Positions 1-8,380 of a DNA stretch of 42,993 bases are shown piece by piece (the first letter of the stretch is position 1; each line of letters opens with the position of its first letter). The notes below the pieces were generated by a model. That model was not told where the DNA came from. It did not search any database and was given only the letters and a program-made list of their open reading frames with translations. Source of the stretch: a virus (lineage: Duplodnaviria; Caudoviricetes); IMG/VR virus record IMGVR_UViG_3300044448_004019, positions 1 to 42,993 of that record; one strand, written 5' to 3'. Position numbers and translations under genes: made by a program.

Positions 1-2
1 GA

Positions 3-470
3 ACGCCAGTGTTCTTGCCGAGCGGCACGGTTGTGACGTCTAACGCGGCAAACGGTCTCGCGCAGGACACTCACTACTTTGTGTATCGCGACGAGAACGA
101 CCCGACGAAGGCGCGTTTCAAGGTGTCGACCACGCCAGATGTAGGCGGCGACGACCCGGTCACGGGTAACGTGACGCTCACGCTTGTTCCGCAAATCATC
201 GCGGACTCAGGTGAAATCCCGCTGGCGCGTCTGCGCGAGCAGGCAAACACGTCAGCGCAAGACGGTGGGCGCCCAGCAGATCAGGTGCTGATTAACAGCA
301 ACCCGCTGCCAAGCAGTCTGATGGCTCCGCTCCAACGTTACTTGTTTGCGCGTTACATCCCGTCTGCCGCCTTGCACAGCAGCAACGGGGGCAAGGTAAC
401 CTGCGATGTCGGTATCAGCGTGCCAGACAACCGCGGCGTCTTCTACGCTGTGGGGTCTGAGATCAAGTGA
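3..470 (+). CDS. Bbp16-like capsid cement/decoration protein (5'-truncated by window edge)
   Basis: Frame is open to the window start. The C-terminus 'LQRYLFARY...GGKVTCDVGI' resembles the Bbp16-family C-terminal signature, and the gene lies just upstream of the tail genes. Confidence 0.55.
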   Translation, partial: TPVFLPSGTVVTSNAANGLAQDTHYFVYRDENDPTKARFKVSTTPDVGGDDPVTGNVTLTLVPQIIADSGEIPLARLREQANTSAQDGGRPADQVLINSNPLPSSLMAPLQRYLFARYIPSAALHSSNGGKVTCDVGISVPDNRGVFYAVGSEIK

Positions 471-955
471 TTACTGACGCTACTTACGAGTTCTCAGACA
501 GCCAAACGCTTGCGACGCCAGTCGATCTTGCGAGCGGCACGTTTGGGCATGCCTCGACGAACTACGTCAAGGCTGAGCCATTGAACGACAGCGGCGGGCG
601 AACTCAGTTCGTCCACGTCCAGTTTACTGGCACCTCGGCGCTCGACGCGAACGTCACGGTCGAGCTTCGCGGTTACGACACGGAGCCAAGCTCGAATGCG
701 GCGGCTATGAATACGGACAACTACAAGACAGTTGCGTCGTTCACCGTGCTTGCCGCAGACACCGCTCCGAACAAGGACTTCTACCTGCCCTTGGCTTCGT
801 CGGGCGTCGACACGCTGAGCACGCCTCCGTACAAGTGGTGGCGTGTTGTCTACTTGATCGCTGAAAACGCGGCTGGCGGGGTGAAAGTCTCGACGTCGCT
901 GACGGACGCGATCACGAACGACCCGCGGATCTTCTCCGCGAAGAACAGCACCTGA
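467..955 (+). CDS. Bbp16-like capsid cement/decoration protein
   Basis: N-terminus 'MITDATYEFSDSQTL...ASTNYV' and C-terminal 'YKWWRVVY...GVKVSTSL' fit the Bbp16 family. GTGA overlap with the previous stop codon. Confidence 0.6.
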   Translation: MITDATYEFSDSQTLATPVDLASGTFGHASTNYVKAEPLNDSGGRTQFVHVQFTGTSALDANVTVELRGYDTEPSSNAAAMNTDNYKTVASFTVLAADTAPNKDFYLPLASSGVDTLSTPPYKWWRVVYLIAENAAGGVKVSTSLTDAITNDPRIFSAKNST

Positions 956-1016
956 TTAGTCTCTGCTAATCAGACCGCGGGCTGTCCCAACTTTGGGGCA
1001 GCCCGTCCCAACTTTG
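952..1016 (+). terminator. Two hairpins after the head genes (possible terminator or processing site)
   Basis: CTGATTAG/CTAATCAG (952-973) and GGGCTGTCCCA/TGGGGCAGCCC (979-1004, one U-G pair). The U-tract is weak. Confidence 0.45.
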
Positions 1017-1026
1017 AGCATCAACG

Positions 1027-4000
1027 ATGGCGTCTTCCTCACTTCCTGTTCGTAAAGTGCTCATCACCCTTGGCGAAGGGAACAGCACTGCCGTTGCCGA
1101 CGCAAAGACGTTTGAGGACGCCAACCCTCGGACTTCTCTGCGTAACCCGAAAGCCGAGCCGTTCGCGCGCTACGTCACCGAGTCTTCGGGATCGCGCGAC
1201 GAGATTGATCTAGGGGCGTCGTTTGGTGATGTGCGGTACGCAAATTACCGCGACCAAGGGGCGATGAGCGTCCGCTACCTGACGTTCTACAACCCGGTCT
1301 CAACTCGGTTCGACCCTTCGTTCCCCAAGGTGGGCGCGTCTGGGGCGCTAGCTGACGGGCCGATCCAGTCCGCGACTTTCCCAGGGACGTGCCAAGTCAC
1401 CCGCGTCGACAGCGCAACTCAGTTCGCTACGGATCTGATCTGGGCACACCCGCTAACCGGCCACACTCGCACGGTGACGCGGTTGCGGACTGGCGACGAG
1501 CACCAGCTGACTGAGCCGCTTGACGAGCCAGCGGGCGGCACGGACGCCGCAGGCTTTGTGACCCTGATTTCTACGACGTCGTTTGACCCTCCGTTAGAAG
1601 TCGGGGAGCGGTTTACTTACCCGCTAGTGGGCGACGAAGACTCTGCGGCTGGCGCCTACACGGACGTAGACGCGCCTGCGATGACTGACAAGAACCACGT
1701 CAGGCTTGAGGCGCAGTTTGGCGGCTACTGCGACGCGGGCGGCACGCTGGACCCCGACAACGCTGGGTGGGGGACCGCCTACGGCGCCGCAGGGTCCGAC
1801 GACAAAATCACTACGCGGACAAACGCCGCCACGCTTACGGCGAACTACGTCGAGTTTAACTTCCGCAGGCTCCGCGTTGGCCAGCGAGTCCGGCTCAGCG
1901 GGTTTACCGGAACCGGGGGCGGCGGCAGTGATCTGCACGTAAACCAACCCTCGGCTAGCACAGACGTCGCCTCGACGACCGACTTCTACGTTGTGCGGGT
2001 CACGCAAGGCACTGCGTCTAATAAACCGCGCGCTTACTTGTCGACGACACCAAACGGCGCAGAGGCCACGTTTAGCGACATTGGAAACTCTGGTGTCTGC
2101 CAGCTTCGCTTCATTCCTCGCGCTGCCGAGAACGCAATGGCGGGCCTGCAGATTCGCTGCCTGACTGGGGCAAACGCGGGGCTTACGCGCAGCTTGTCGC
2201 ACGCAATCCCTACGATCCCTTCCGGTACGCACCCGTTTACGACTAGGTTGTGGCGGCTGTTCGTAACGGAAGACTGGACTAACGTGCCGCAGGCTGACGA
2301 CACGTACACCATCCTCCCGCCGCCTGCGGCGGACAACACCGCGGTACCGTTTGACAAGTGGGCGTACTTCTTGCCCGCGTGCCAGTTCTTTGGGCGCGAG
2401 GCCGGGCTGCCTAGCCCGCTCAAAATTACGTGGGACACAACAAACGTCCAGTGGGACTCAGTGTCTCCCAGCCCGGCCATTTCAATCTACGCTGGGTGCC
2501 CGGTCAGGCTTTACGAGATCGCAGGCGTAACTAGCGTAGGCCAAGCGTACATCGACAAGACGTACTACGCAGTCCAAGTCAAAGACAATGGCTCGTTCGG
2601 GCTTTCGGAAACGTACGACGGGGCGCCTGTCAACTTTGGCGGCAGCACAGTTAGCGCGCTTCTAAGCTGGGAAGAAACGTTCACGCGCAAGCACAACCCT
2701 GCGCCTCCTGGGTTCAACTACTCAAACTTGCAGTCTGCGCCCGTAGCGTACCAGCCGTTTAGAGGCGGGTCAGTTCACGCTACGCCGCTCGCGGGTCAGC
2801 CTAAGATTGCTTACCACTGGGGTCTTGCGCAACGCATGGCTGAGCGGTTGGGCGAGCCTCTTTACGTCATCGACCTTTCGCTTTCCGACACGTCGTTGGC
2901 GGAATCAACGGTGCCTACCGCCGCACAAAGCGGAGGCCGCGGGTGGCACGACCCTAGCTCCATGACCCACTGGGCCGCGGGTCCGACCGCGCTCCGAGAC
3001 CGGTGGGTCCGTCACTTAGACGCCGCAGCAATCGCAGCCGCGCGCGAGGGCGTCCAGCTGGAAGTAATCGGAGTCGTGTTTGTGCAGGGCGAGTCTGACG
3101 CGGCTACTCAAGAGCTTGCTGACCGCTACTACGCTAATCTGGTCGGGTTCAAAGAGTTCGTTCGCAAGACTCTTAAAGACCTAGGCTGGTGGTCTAAAGA
3201 AGCCCATGAGTTGCCGTTCCTTCAGCCTGAAGTTTACCCGCGGCTGCAAGCAGGCGCGGCGTTAGCCCCTTTCACTACGGTAAGCGCTGCGATCAAGCGC
3301 GCGGCGGACGAAGACCCGTTCAGCAAGTCGTGGTCAACTAGCAAGTACACGCTCGGCTCAGACGGGAAGCACTACACAGGCGCGGGGATGGACTTGATGG
3401 CGCAAGACGCGTTCACCCGTCTCGACGGGTACGTCAACGCGCTCGACGTCCCGTTGCGCATCTGCAAGCTGGCGCTGTCGCTAGCTGGTGAGAAATCGGC
3501 GATCACCAAGGTGTTCCCGTCGGACGGCAGTGCTGAAGCGGATTTGTGCGCGCAGTTCTACCCAGAAGCGCGAGACCGCATCTTGGAAGCGCACGCGTGG
3601 GACTTCTTGGTCCGTCACGCGTCGCTAACAGAAGCGGCGACAAACGAGCGCACGGACTGGAAGTACGCTTACGATCTGCCACCTAACGCAAGCGGTATTC
3701 TTGGGCTGGGTGAAGACATCACGTCGGCGTTCGACTCGCGCGCAGTAAAGATCAAGTTCTCTGTTGAGCTAGACTCGCAGTCGCAGCGCGTGCTGTACGC
3801 CAACCAACCCACGCCGCTGACGGTTCGCTACAAGGCTAAGACGGTGGACGCGCGCCACTTTAGCGCTACGTGCGTCCAGGCTATCGCCTACTTGCTGGCG
3901 TCGATGATTATGCGAACCGTGATGAAGAGCGAAGAAGGCATCAAAGCGGGCGAAGCGATGGAGCAACGCGCGTTCCAGATGTTTAAGACTGCGGCGTCTA

Positions 4001-4062
4001 ACGATTCCAATCAGACGCGCGACCGTTCGCAGTCTCAAAAGATTGGGTGGCGGCGCTCGTGA
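1027..4062 (+). CDS. Head-tail adaptor (tail tubular protein A-like) fused to an N-terminal SGNH/sialate O-acetylesterase-like region
   Basis: C-terminal ~200 aa 'ICKLALSLAGE...EADLCAQFYPEARDRILEAHAWDF...WKYAYDLP' is the adaptor pattern. SGNH-type blocks 'FVQGESDA' (QGESD at 3085-3099) and 'DGKH' (3361-3372). Lies directly upstream of the nozzle gene. Confidence 0.75.
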   Translation: MASSSLPVRKVLITLGEGNSTAVADAKTFEDANPRTSLRNPKAEPFARYVTESSGSRDEIDLGASFGDVRYANYRDQGAMSVRYLTFYNPVSTRFDPSFPKVGASGALADGPIQSATFPGTCQVTRVDSATQFATDLIWAHPLTGHTRTVTRLRTGDEHQLTEPLDEPAGGTDAAGFVTLISTTSFDPPLEVGERFTYPLVGDEDSAAGAYTDVDAPAMTDKNHVRLEAQFGGYCDAGGTLDPDNAGWGTAYGAAGSDDKITTRTNAATLTANYVEFNFRRLRVGQRVRLSGFTGTGGGGSDLHVNQPSASTDVASTTDFYVVRVTQGTASNKPRAYLSTTPNGAEATFSDIGNSGVCQLRFIPRAAENAMAGLQIRCLTGANAGLTRSLSHAIPTIPSGTHPFTTRLWRLFVTEDWTNVPQADDTYTILPPPAADNTAVPFDKWAYFLPACQFFGREAGLPSPLKITWDTTNVQWDSVSPSPAISIYAGCPVRLYEIAGVTSVGQAYIDKTYYAVQVKDNGSFGLSETYDGAPVNFGGSTVSALLSWEETFTRKHNPAPPGFNYSNLQSAPVAYQPFRGGSVHATPLAGQPKIAYHWGLAQRMAERLGEPLYVIDLSLSDTSLAESTVPTAAQSGGRGWHDPSSMTHWAAGPTALRDRWVRHLDAAAIAAAREGVQLEVIGVVFVQGESDAATQELADRYYANLVGFKEFVRKTLKDLGWWSKEAHELPFLQPEVYPRLQAGAALAPFTTVSAAIKRAADEDPFSKSWSTSKYTLGSDGKHYTGAGMDLMAQDAFTRLDGYVNALDVPLRICKLALSLAGEKSAITKVFPSDGSAEADLCAQFYPEARDRILEAHAWDFLVRHASLTEAATNERTDWKYAYDLPPNASGILGLGEDITSAFDSRAVKIKFSVELDSQSQRVLYANQPTPLTVRYKAKTVDARHFSATCVQAIAYLLASMIMRTVMKSEEGIKAGEAMEQRAFQMFKTAASNDSNQTRDRSQSQKIGWRRS

Positions 4063-7000
4063 AAACGCGCAAGCATCAGTACTCGTTTGCCGCAGGCGAA
4101 GTCAGCCCTGAGTTCTACGGGCGCGGCGACTCTGCGCAGTATCAAACCGGCGTAGCTACTGCCCGTAACTTCGTCATCAAACCTCAAGGATCTGCGCGCA
4201 CGCGGCCAGGGCTTGAGTACGTAGGGACGGCTAAAACGCAGAGCACTGCGTCGCATCTGATTCCGTTCTCGTTCAACCTAAACGAGTCTTACGTCTTGGC
4301 GTTCGGTCATCAGAACGTCCGGTTCTATCGGAACGGCGCTCCTGTTCAGTGGGCCACGCCTGCTAACGTCGGTGACCCAAGCAGCGCAGCGAACGTAAAG
4401 GTGGGGACGGGAGCCGTTGACGGTTCGCTTTGGCAACGCATGGGCGGGTTTATCCTCGACACCCCGGTAAACTTTTCGGAAGGCGATTTGGTTTACCTGT
4501 CGAACGAAGGCAGCGCTAGCGGACTGCCTTCAATTGGGGCTGCCTCAGGCTCTCCTGCAGCGGGCGGACTGTTGACGGTTGACCGGCTGTATCAGGTCTA
4601 CCCAGCAAGCGAAACCGAGATAGTCTTGTACGACATCCTCGCCAACAAATACGTGAGGATCAGCGCGCTGGGGTCCAGCGGTTATCTTCGGATGTGGCGA
4701 GTTCTACCGCGCATCGGCGCGCACCCTACGCACGGGGCTGTCACCCGAAACCACGGGCGAATTGGCTCGGCTGAGCTTTACAGTCCACGAGGAAAGATTG
4801 GCGGCTCCCAGGACAGCGACCAGTTCTTCTTTGGTAACGCAGACGAGGACACTGCTGCTCGCCCCAACTACGTCTTAGGTGAACACGTACGCGTGGCGAC
4901 CGGGTCGTCAGAAGCCATCCCGATCGCGGGCATGGGCGCTTCGGAGAATGACGAGTCTGAAGACTTGTATGTGTACGAGGTTGGCACTGGGTCGTTCGGC
5001 GGCGTCACTCAGTTCTACGCCAAGCTGACTTCGTCAGCGCCAGCAACTTGGGTAGCTAACGGTGGCGCCGTTGATCCGGCAGCCAACAAGAAGACGCTAG
5101 CTAACGCTCAAACAGGCGGCTCAGGCTCAGGTACGATTCGCCGCCGATACGCCGCGGGCACACTGGTCTACAACCCTACAACTTCAGGCACGGGGTCGAC
5201 CTTCTACACGGCCAAAACTACGTTCACGGACGACGGCAATTTCTTTACGGTTGAGTCGTCAAACTGGAGCGCGCTAGCGTTCGACGGGAGTCTTGAGCTT
5301 ACGACTCCCTACGACGGTGCTGACGTTAGCGAGATCGGCTACGACCAGTCGGGCGACATCCTGACGCTGGTTCACCCTAAGTACCCTGAGCAAGAGGTTA
5401 AGAGGTTCGGCAACACGTATTGGACGATCGGTGCCATTACGTTTAGCCCGCCGCTTGCAGCCCCCGCCGCCCCGACGATAGCTCGTACGTTTTCGCAAAC
5501 GTACGCAAACTTTTCGGAGGCGACTACAGGCACGACGACCCCAGGGGGTGGTACTAGCGGGGCATCCAACGAAGTTGGCGGGCAGTACATCGGCATCTTT
5601 AACGATCTTGCCGCGGGCGACATTCTTCAGGTCCGCCTTCGGGGGTCTCAATGCGGAGAGTTCGCCGGGGCGAACAACACCAACAACGACCCTACGTTTT
5701 CAAGACGGCTTGACGTAGATGAGCTTGTCGTGGTGGCGTCGGTCGAAGGCAACGTCGCTCTGACTGGCGGAAGCGCAATTAAGCAGCAGGTAAAGTTTTC
5801 GCTGCGCACCCTAGAATCAGGTAGGCGAATCTACGGGTGCCACAAAGACAACGACCAATACGTGTTGTCGGATCTGATCCGCAACAACAACAAGTACCGA
5901 ATTGGGGCGGTTGACCGCGACGGCGCTGAAACGCTAGGCGCAGAATCAGCGGCGGCAATCAACGCGCTTGACTTCGCAGGCGCGAAGAACACGTTGACTT
6001 GGGCTTCCATCACTGGAGCGGACAAGTACATCGTCTACCGGCAAGAAGGCGGCACCGGGCTTTACGAAAAGATCGGTGAGGTCGTAGCGACCACCGGCAC
6101 GCAGACCTTTATCGACGACGGGCTGCCCGCCGATGGCAGCGTTACTGCGCCGCGCTACGACTCAGACGTCACAAACGCTGAGAACTACTCGCGCGCAACT
6201 GCGCGCTTTGAACAGCGTCGGTTGTTCGCCGGTAGCGACTTGTTCCCGCGCCGCCTGTTCTTGTCTAGGTCAGGTACTGAATCAGACTTTTCGTTCCGCA
6301 TCCCTGTGCTAGACACTGACCGGATCTCGGTCGAAGCGTCGGCACGCGAAGCCCACGTCATTCGCCACCTCGTCCCGCTTGGCGATCTGCTGATGCTGAC
6401 CCAGCTAGGCGAGTGGCGACTGTTCGCTGTGAACAGCGACGCGATCACGCCAAGCACGGTGTCGATCAGACCGCAGAGCTACGTCGGCTCGTCAACTGTC
6501 CGTCCAATCGTGGCCAACAGTTCTGTGCTGTTCTGCGCTGCGCGCGGCGGGCACGTCCGCCAGATGGGTTACGAAGCGGCTCGCAGCGGCTTCACAACCG
6601 GCGACTTGTCTTTGCGCGCGGCGCACCTGTTTGACGACTTGGACATTGTAAGCTCGGCCTACCAGAAGTCTCCGGCGCCGGTCGCGTGGTTTGTGTCGTC
6701 AAACGGCAAGCTGCTCGGTCTTACGTACGTGCCTGAAGAACAGGTTGCTGCGTGGCACCAGCACGACACCGACGGGACGTTTGAGTCGGTGACTTGCGTG
6801 TCGGAGGGGGCGGAAGACCGCGTTTACGTAGCCGTAAAGCGGAAAGTAAACGGGGTCGATGTCCGCCACATCGAGCGGATGTCGACGGTCAGCCCCGACT
6901 CCCCTCTCCCGACGCTGTGCCTTGACGACGCGCTTACGTACGTGGGCGCCGTCTCTTCTCAAGATTTGCGAGTGTCGTCGGGCAACCTTGAGGCGGGCGG

Positions 7001-7682
7001 CACTGTTAACTTGATCCAGCAGAGCAACGGCGGCGCAGATGCTGACGGAACCTATCTCAACAAGTTAACTGCGCAAGACGTAGGCCGTCGCGTCGTCCTT
7101 AGTGGAGGCTACGTCTTAGAGATCACTGCGTTTACCGACATCAACAACATCACTGCCAAGGTGATTACTCCGTTCCCTGCCGACAAGGTGGGAGTGCGGC
7201 TGGCCTACGAAAAGACGGCAACTCGACTGACAGGGCTTTCTCACCTTGAGGGGGAGACGGTGACCATCGTACGCAGGATGGACCAAGCCGAGCTAGGGGT
7301 TACGGAGACCGCAGTCGTGACCAACGGCGAAGTTACGCTTGGCGATCACGCTGTCTTTGTAGACGTAGGGCGCCCGTACACCTGCGACCTAAAGTTGCTG
7401 CCGACGACGCTGCAGATGCCCGCGCTGGGCTACGGCAGAGAGAAGGCTGTTAACCGTGCGTGGGTCCGAGTGTTCGAAGCCGCAGGGCTGTCGGTAGGCC
7501 CGGACGAAAACTCACTAGCCCCCGTCGGTGAGCTTCAAGACCTAACTAAATTGGCGACTCAGCAGACGCGCAACATCGTGCCGTCTGACTGGGACGAAGA
7601 CGCTTCGTTGCTGATTCGGCAGACAAAGCCGTTCCCCGCAACGATCGCCGCAGTAACCATTGAAGTGAGTGTGGCAGAGTAA
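4059..7682 (+). CDS. Tail nozzle / tail tubular protein B-like, enlarged (~1207 aa)
   Basis: 'SFAAGEVSP...ARNFVIKPQG...RPG', 'LIPFSFN', 'QSGDILTLVHP', 'FEQRRLFAG' and 'VAAWHQHDTDG' are typical nozzle motifs. GTG at 4059 overlaps the upstream TGA, so it is preferred over 4047. Confidence 0.85.
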   Translation: MKTRKHQYSFAAGEVSPEFYGRGDSAQYQTGVATARNFVIKPQGSARTRPGLEYVGTAKTQSTASHLIPFSFNLNESYVLAFGHQNVRFYRNGAPVQWATPANVGDPSSAANVKVGTGAVDGSLWQRMGGFILDTPVNFSEGDLVYLSNEGSASGLPSIGAASGSPAAGGLLTVDRLYQVYPASETEIVLYDILANKYVRISALGSSGYLRMWRVLPRIGAHPTHGAVTRNHGRIGSAELYSPRGKIGGSQDSDQFFFGNADEDTAARPNYVLGEHVRVATGSSEAIPIAGMGASENDESEDLYVYEVGTGSFGGVTQFYAKLTSSAPATWVANGGAVDPAANKKTLANAQTGGSGSGTIRRRYAAGTLVYNPTTSGTGSTFYTAKTTFTDDGNFFTVESSNWSALAFDGSLELTTPYDGADVSEIGYDQSGDILTLVHPKYPEQEVKRFGNTYWTIGAITFSPPLAAPAAPTIARTFSQTYANFSEATTGTTTPGGGTSGASNEVGGQYIGIFNDLAAGDILQVRLRGSQCGEFAGANNTNNDPTFSRRLDVDELVVVASVEGNVALTGGSAIKQQVKFSLRTLESGRRIYGCHKDNDQYVLSDLIRNNNKYRIGAVDRDGAETLGAESAAAINALDFAGAKNTLTWASITGADKYIVYRQEGGTGLYEKIGEVVATTGTQTFIDDGLPADGSVTAPRYDSDVTNAENYSRATARFEQRRLFAGSDLFPRRLFLSRSGTESDFSFRIPVLDTDRISVEASAREAHVIRHLVPLGDLLMLTQLGEWRLFAVNSDAITPSTVSIRPQSYVGSSTVRPIVANSSVLFCAARGGHVRQMGYEAARSGFTTGDLSLRAAHLFDDLDIVSSAYQKSPAPVAWFVSSNGKLLGLTYVPEEQVAAWHQHDTDGTFESVTCVSEGAEDRVYVAVKRKVNGVDVRHIERMSTVSPDSPLPTLCLDDALTYVGAVSSQDLRVSSGNLEAGGTVNLIQQSNGGADADGTYLNKLTAQDVGRRVVLSGGYVLEITAFTDINNITAKVITPFPADKVGVRLAYEKTATRLTGLSHLEGETVTIVRRMDQAELGVTETAVVTNGEVTLGDHAVFVDVGRPYTCDLKLLPTTLQMPALGYGREKAVNRAWVRVFEAAGLSVGPDENSLAPVGELQDLTKLATQQTRNIVPSDWDEDASLLIRQTKPFPATIAAVTIEVSVAE

Positions 7683-7684
7683 CT

Positions 7685-8380
7685 ATGGTTTACCAGAACC
7701 CTCAAGGCCCGCCTTCGCTCCGCGGACGATCGTACGCGGACGCTCAAGCCGAGTTTAAGCAGTGGCAAGCTGACAAGACGCGACTGGAGGCTCTGCAGGC
7801 CCAAAACAAGCAAAAGCTAGAGTACGGAAAGGCAGGCTTTGCTCTTGGGATGTCGATGCAGCTTGGCGCTGCGGTCATCGGCTCGATCGCTGCTTACCAC
7901 GGAGTGCAGGCGCAGCAAGCCGACTACCGCACCAAGGCGTTAAACGCGAAGTCAGCGGACGTCATGGCGCAGCTTGGCGCTTCTGAAGCGCGCATCGTCG
8001 CGAGCCAGATTGACCAAGCCGGGGCGCAAGCGCGGCGTCAGCTAGGGCAAGCCGCGGCACAAGAGCAAGCTGCGGGGCGGGTTTCGCAGCGGGCGCGCGG
8101 GCTGACTAACGCCGGGTCGTCTGCTGAAGTGCAAGCGTCGATGCGCTACAAGCAGCAAGCAGAAGAGTTGACCGTTGACACCAACACCATGCGGCAGCGC
8201 CAAAGCGCTGAACGGAAGCGGCTGTCGATGATGAACAAGTCGAGGCAAGCGCGAGTAGACGCCGCAAACTACATGGATATGGCGTCGTCGCTAAGCCCTG
8301 GGCTAGCCGCGGCGACGTCGTTAATGCAGGGTTTAGCCCAAGCGGGCATGAGCGCGGCTGGTTATTACGGGAGTAAATAG
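7685..8380 (+). CDS. Small internal virion (ejection) protein, T7 gp14-like position
   Basis: Ala/Gln/Gly-rich helical protein with hydrophobic segments near both ends, directly after the nozzle gene. Confidence 0.6.
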   Translation: MVYQNPQGPPSLRGRSYADAQAEFKQWQADKTRLEALQAQNKQKLEYGKAGFALGMSMQLGAAVIGSIAAYHGVQAQQADYRTKALNAKSADVMAQLGASEARIVASQIDQAGAQARRQLGQAAAQEQAAGRVSQRARGLTNAGSSAEVQASMRYKQQAEELTVDTNTMRQRQSAERKRLSMMNKSRQARVDAANYMDMASSLSPGLAAATSLMQGLAQAGMSAAGYYGSK

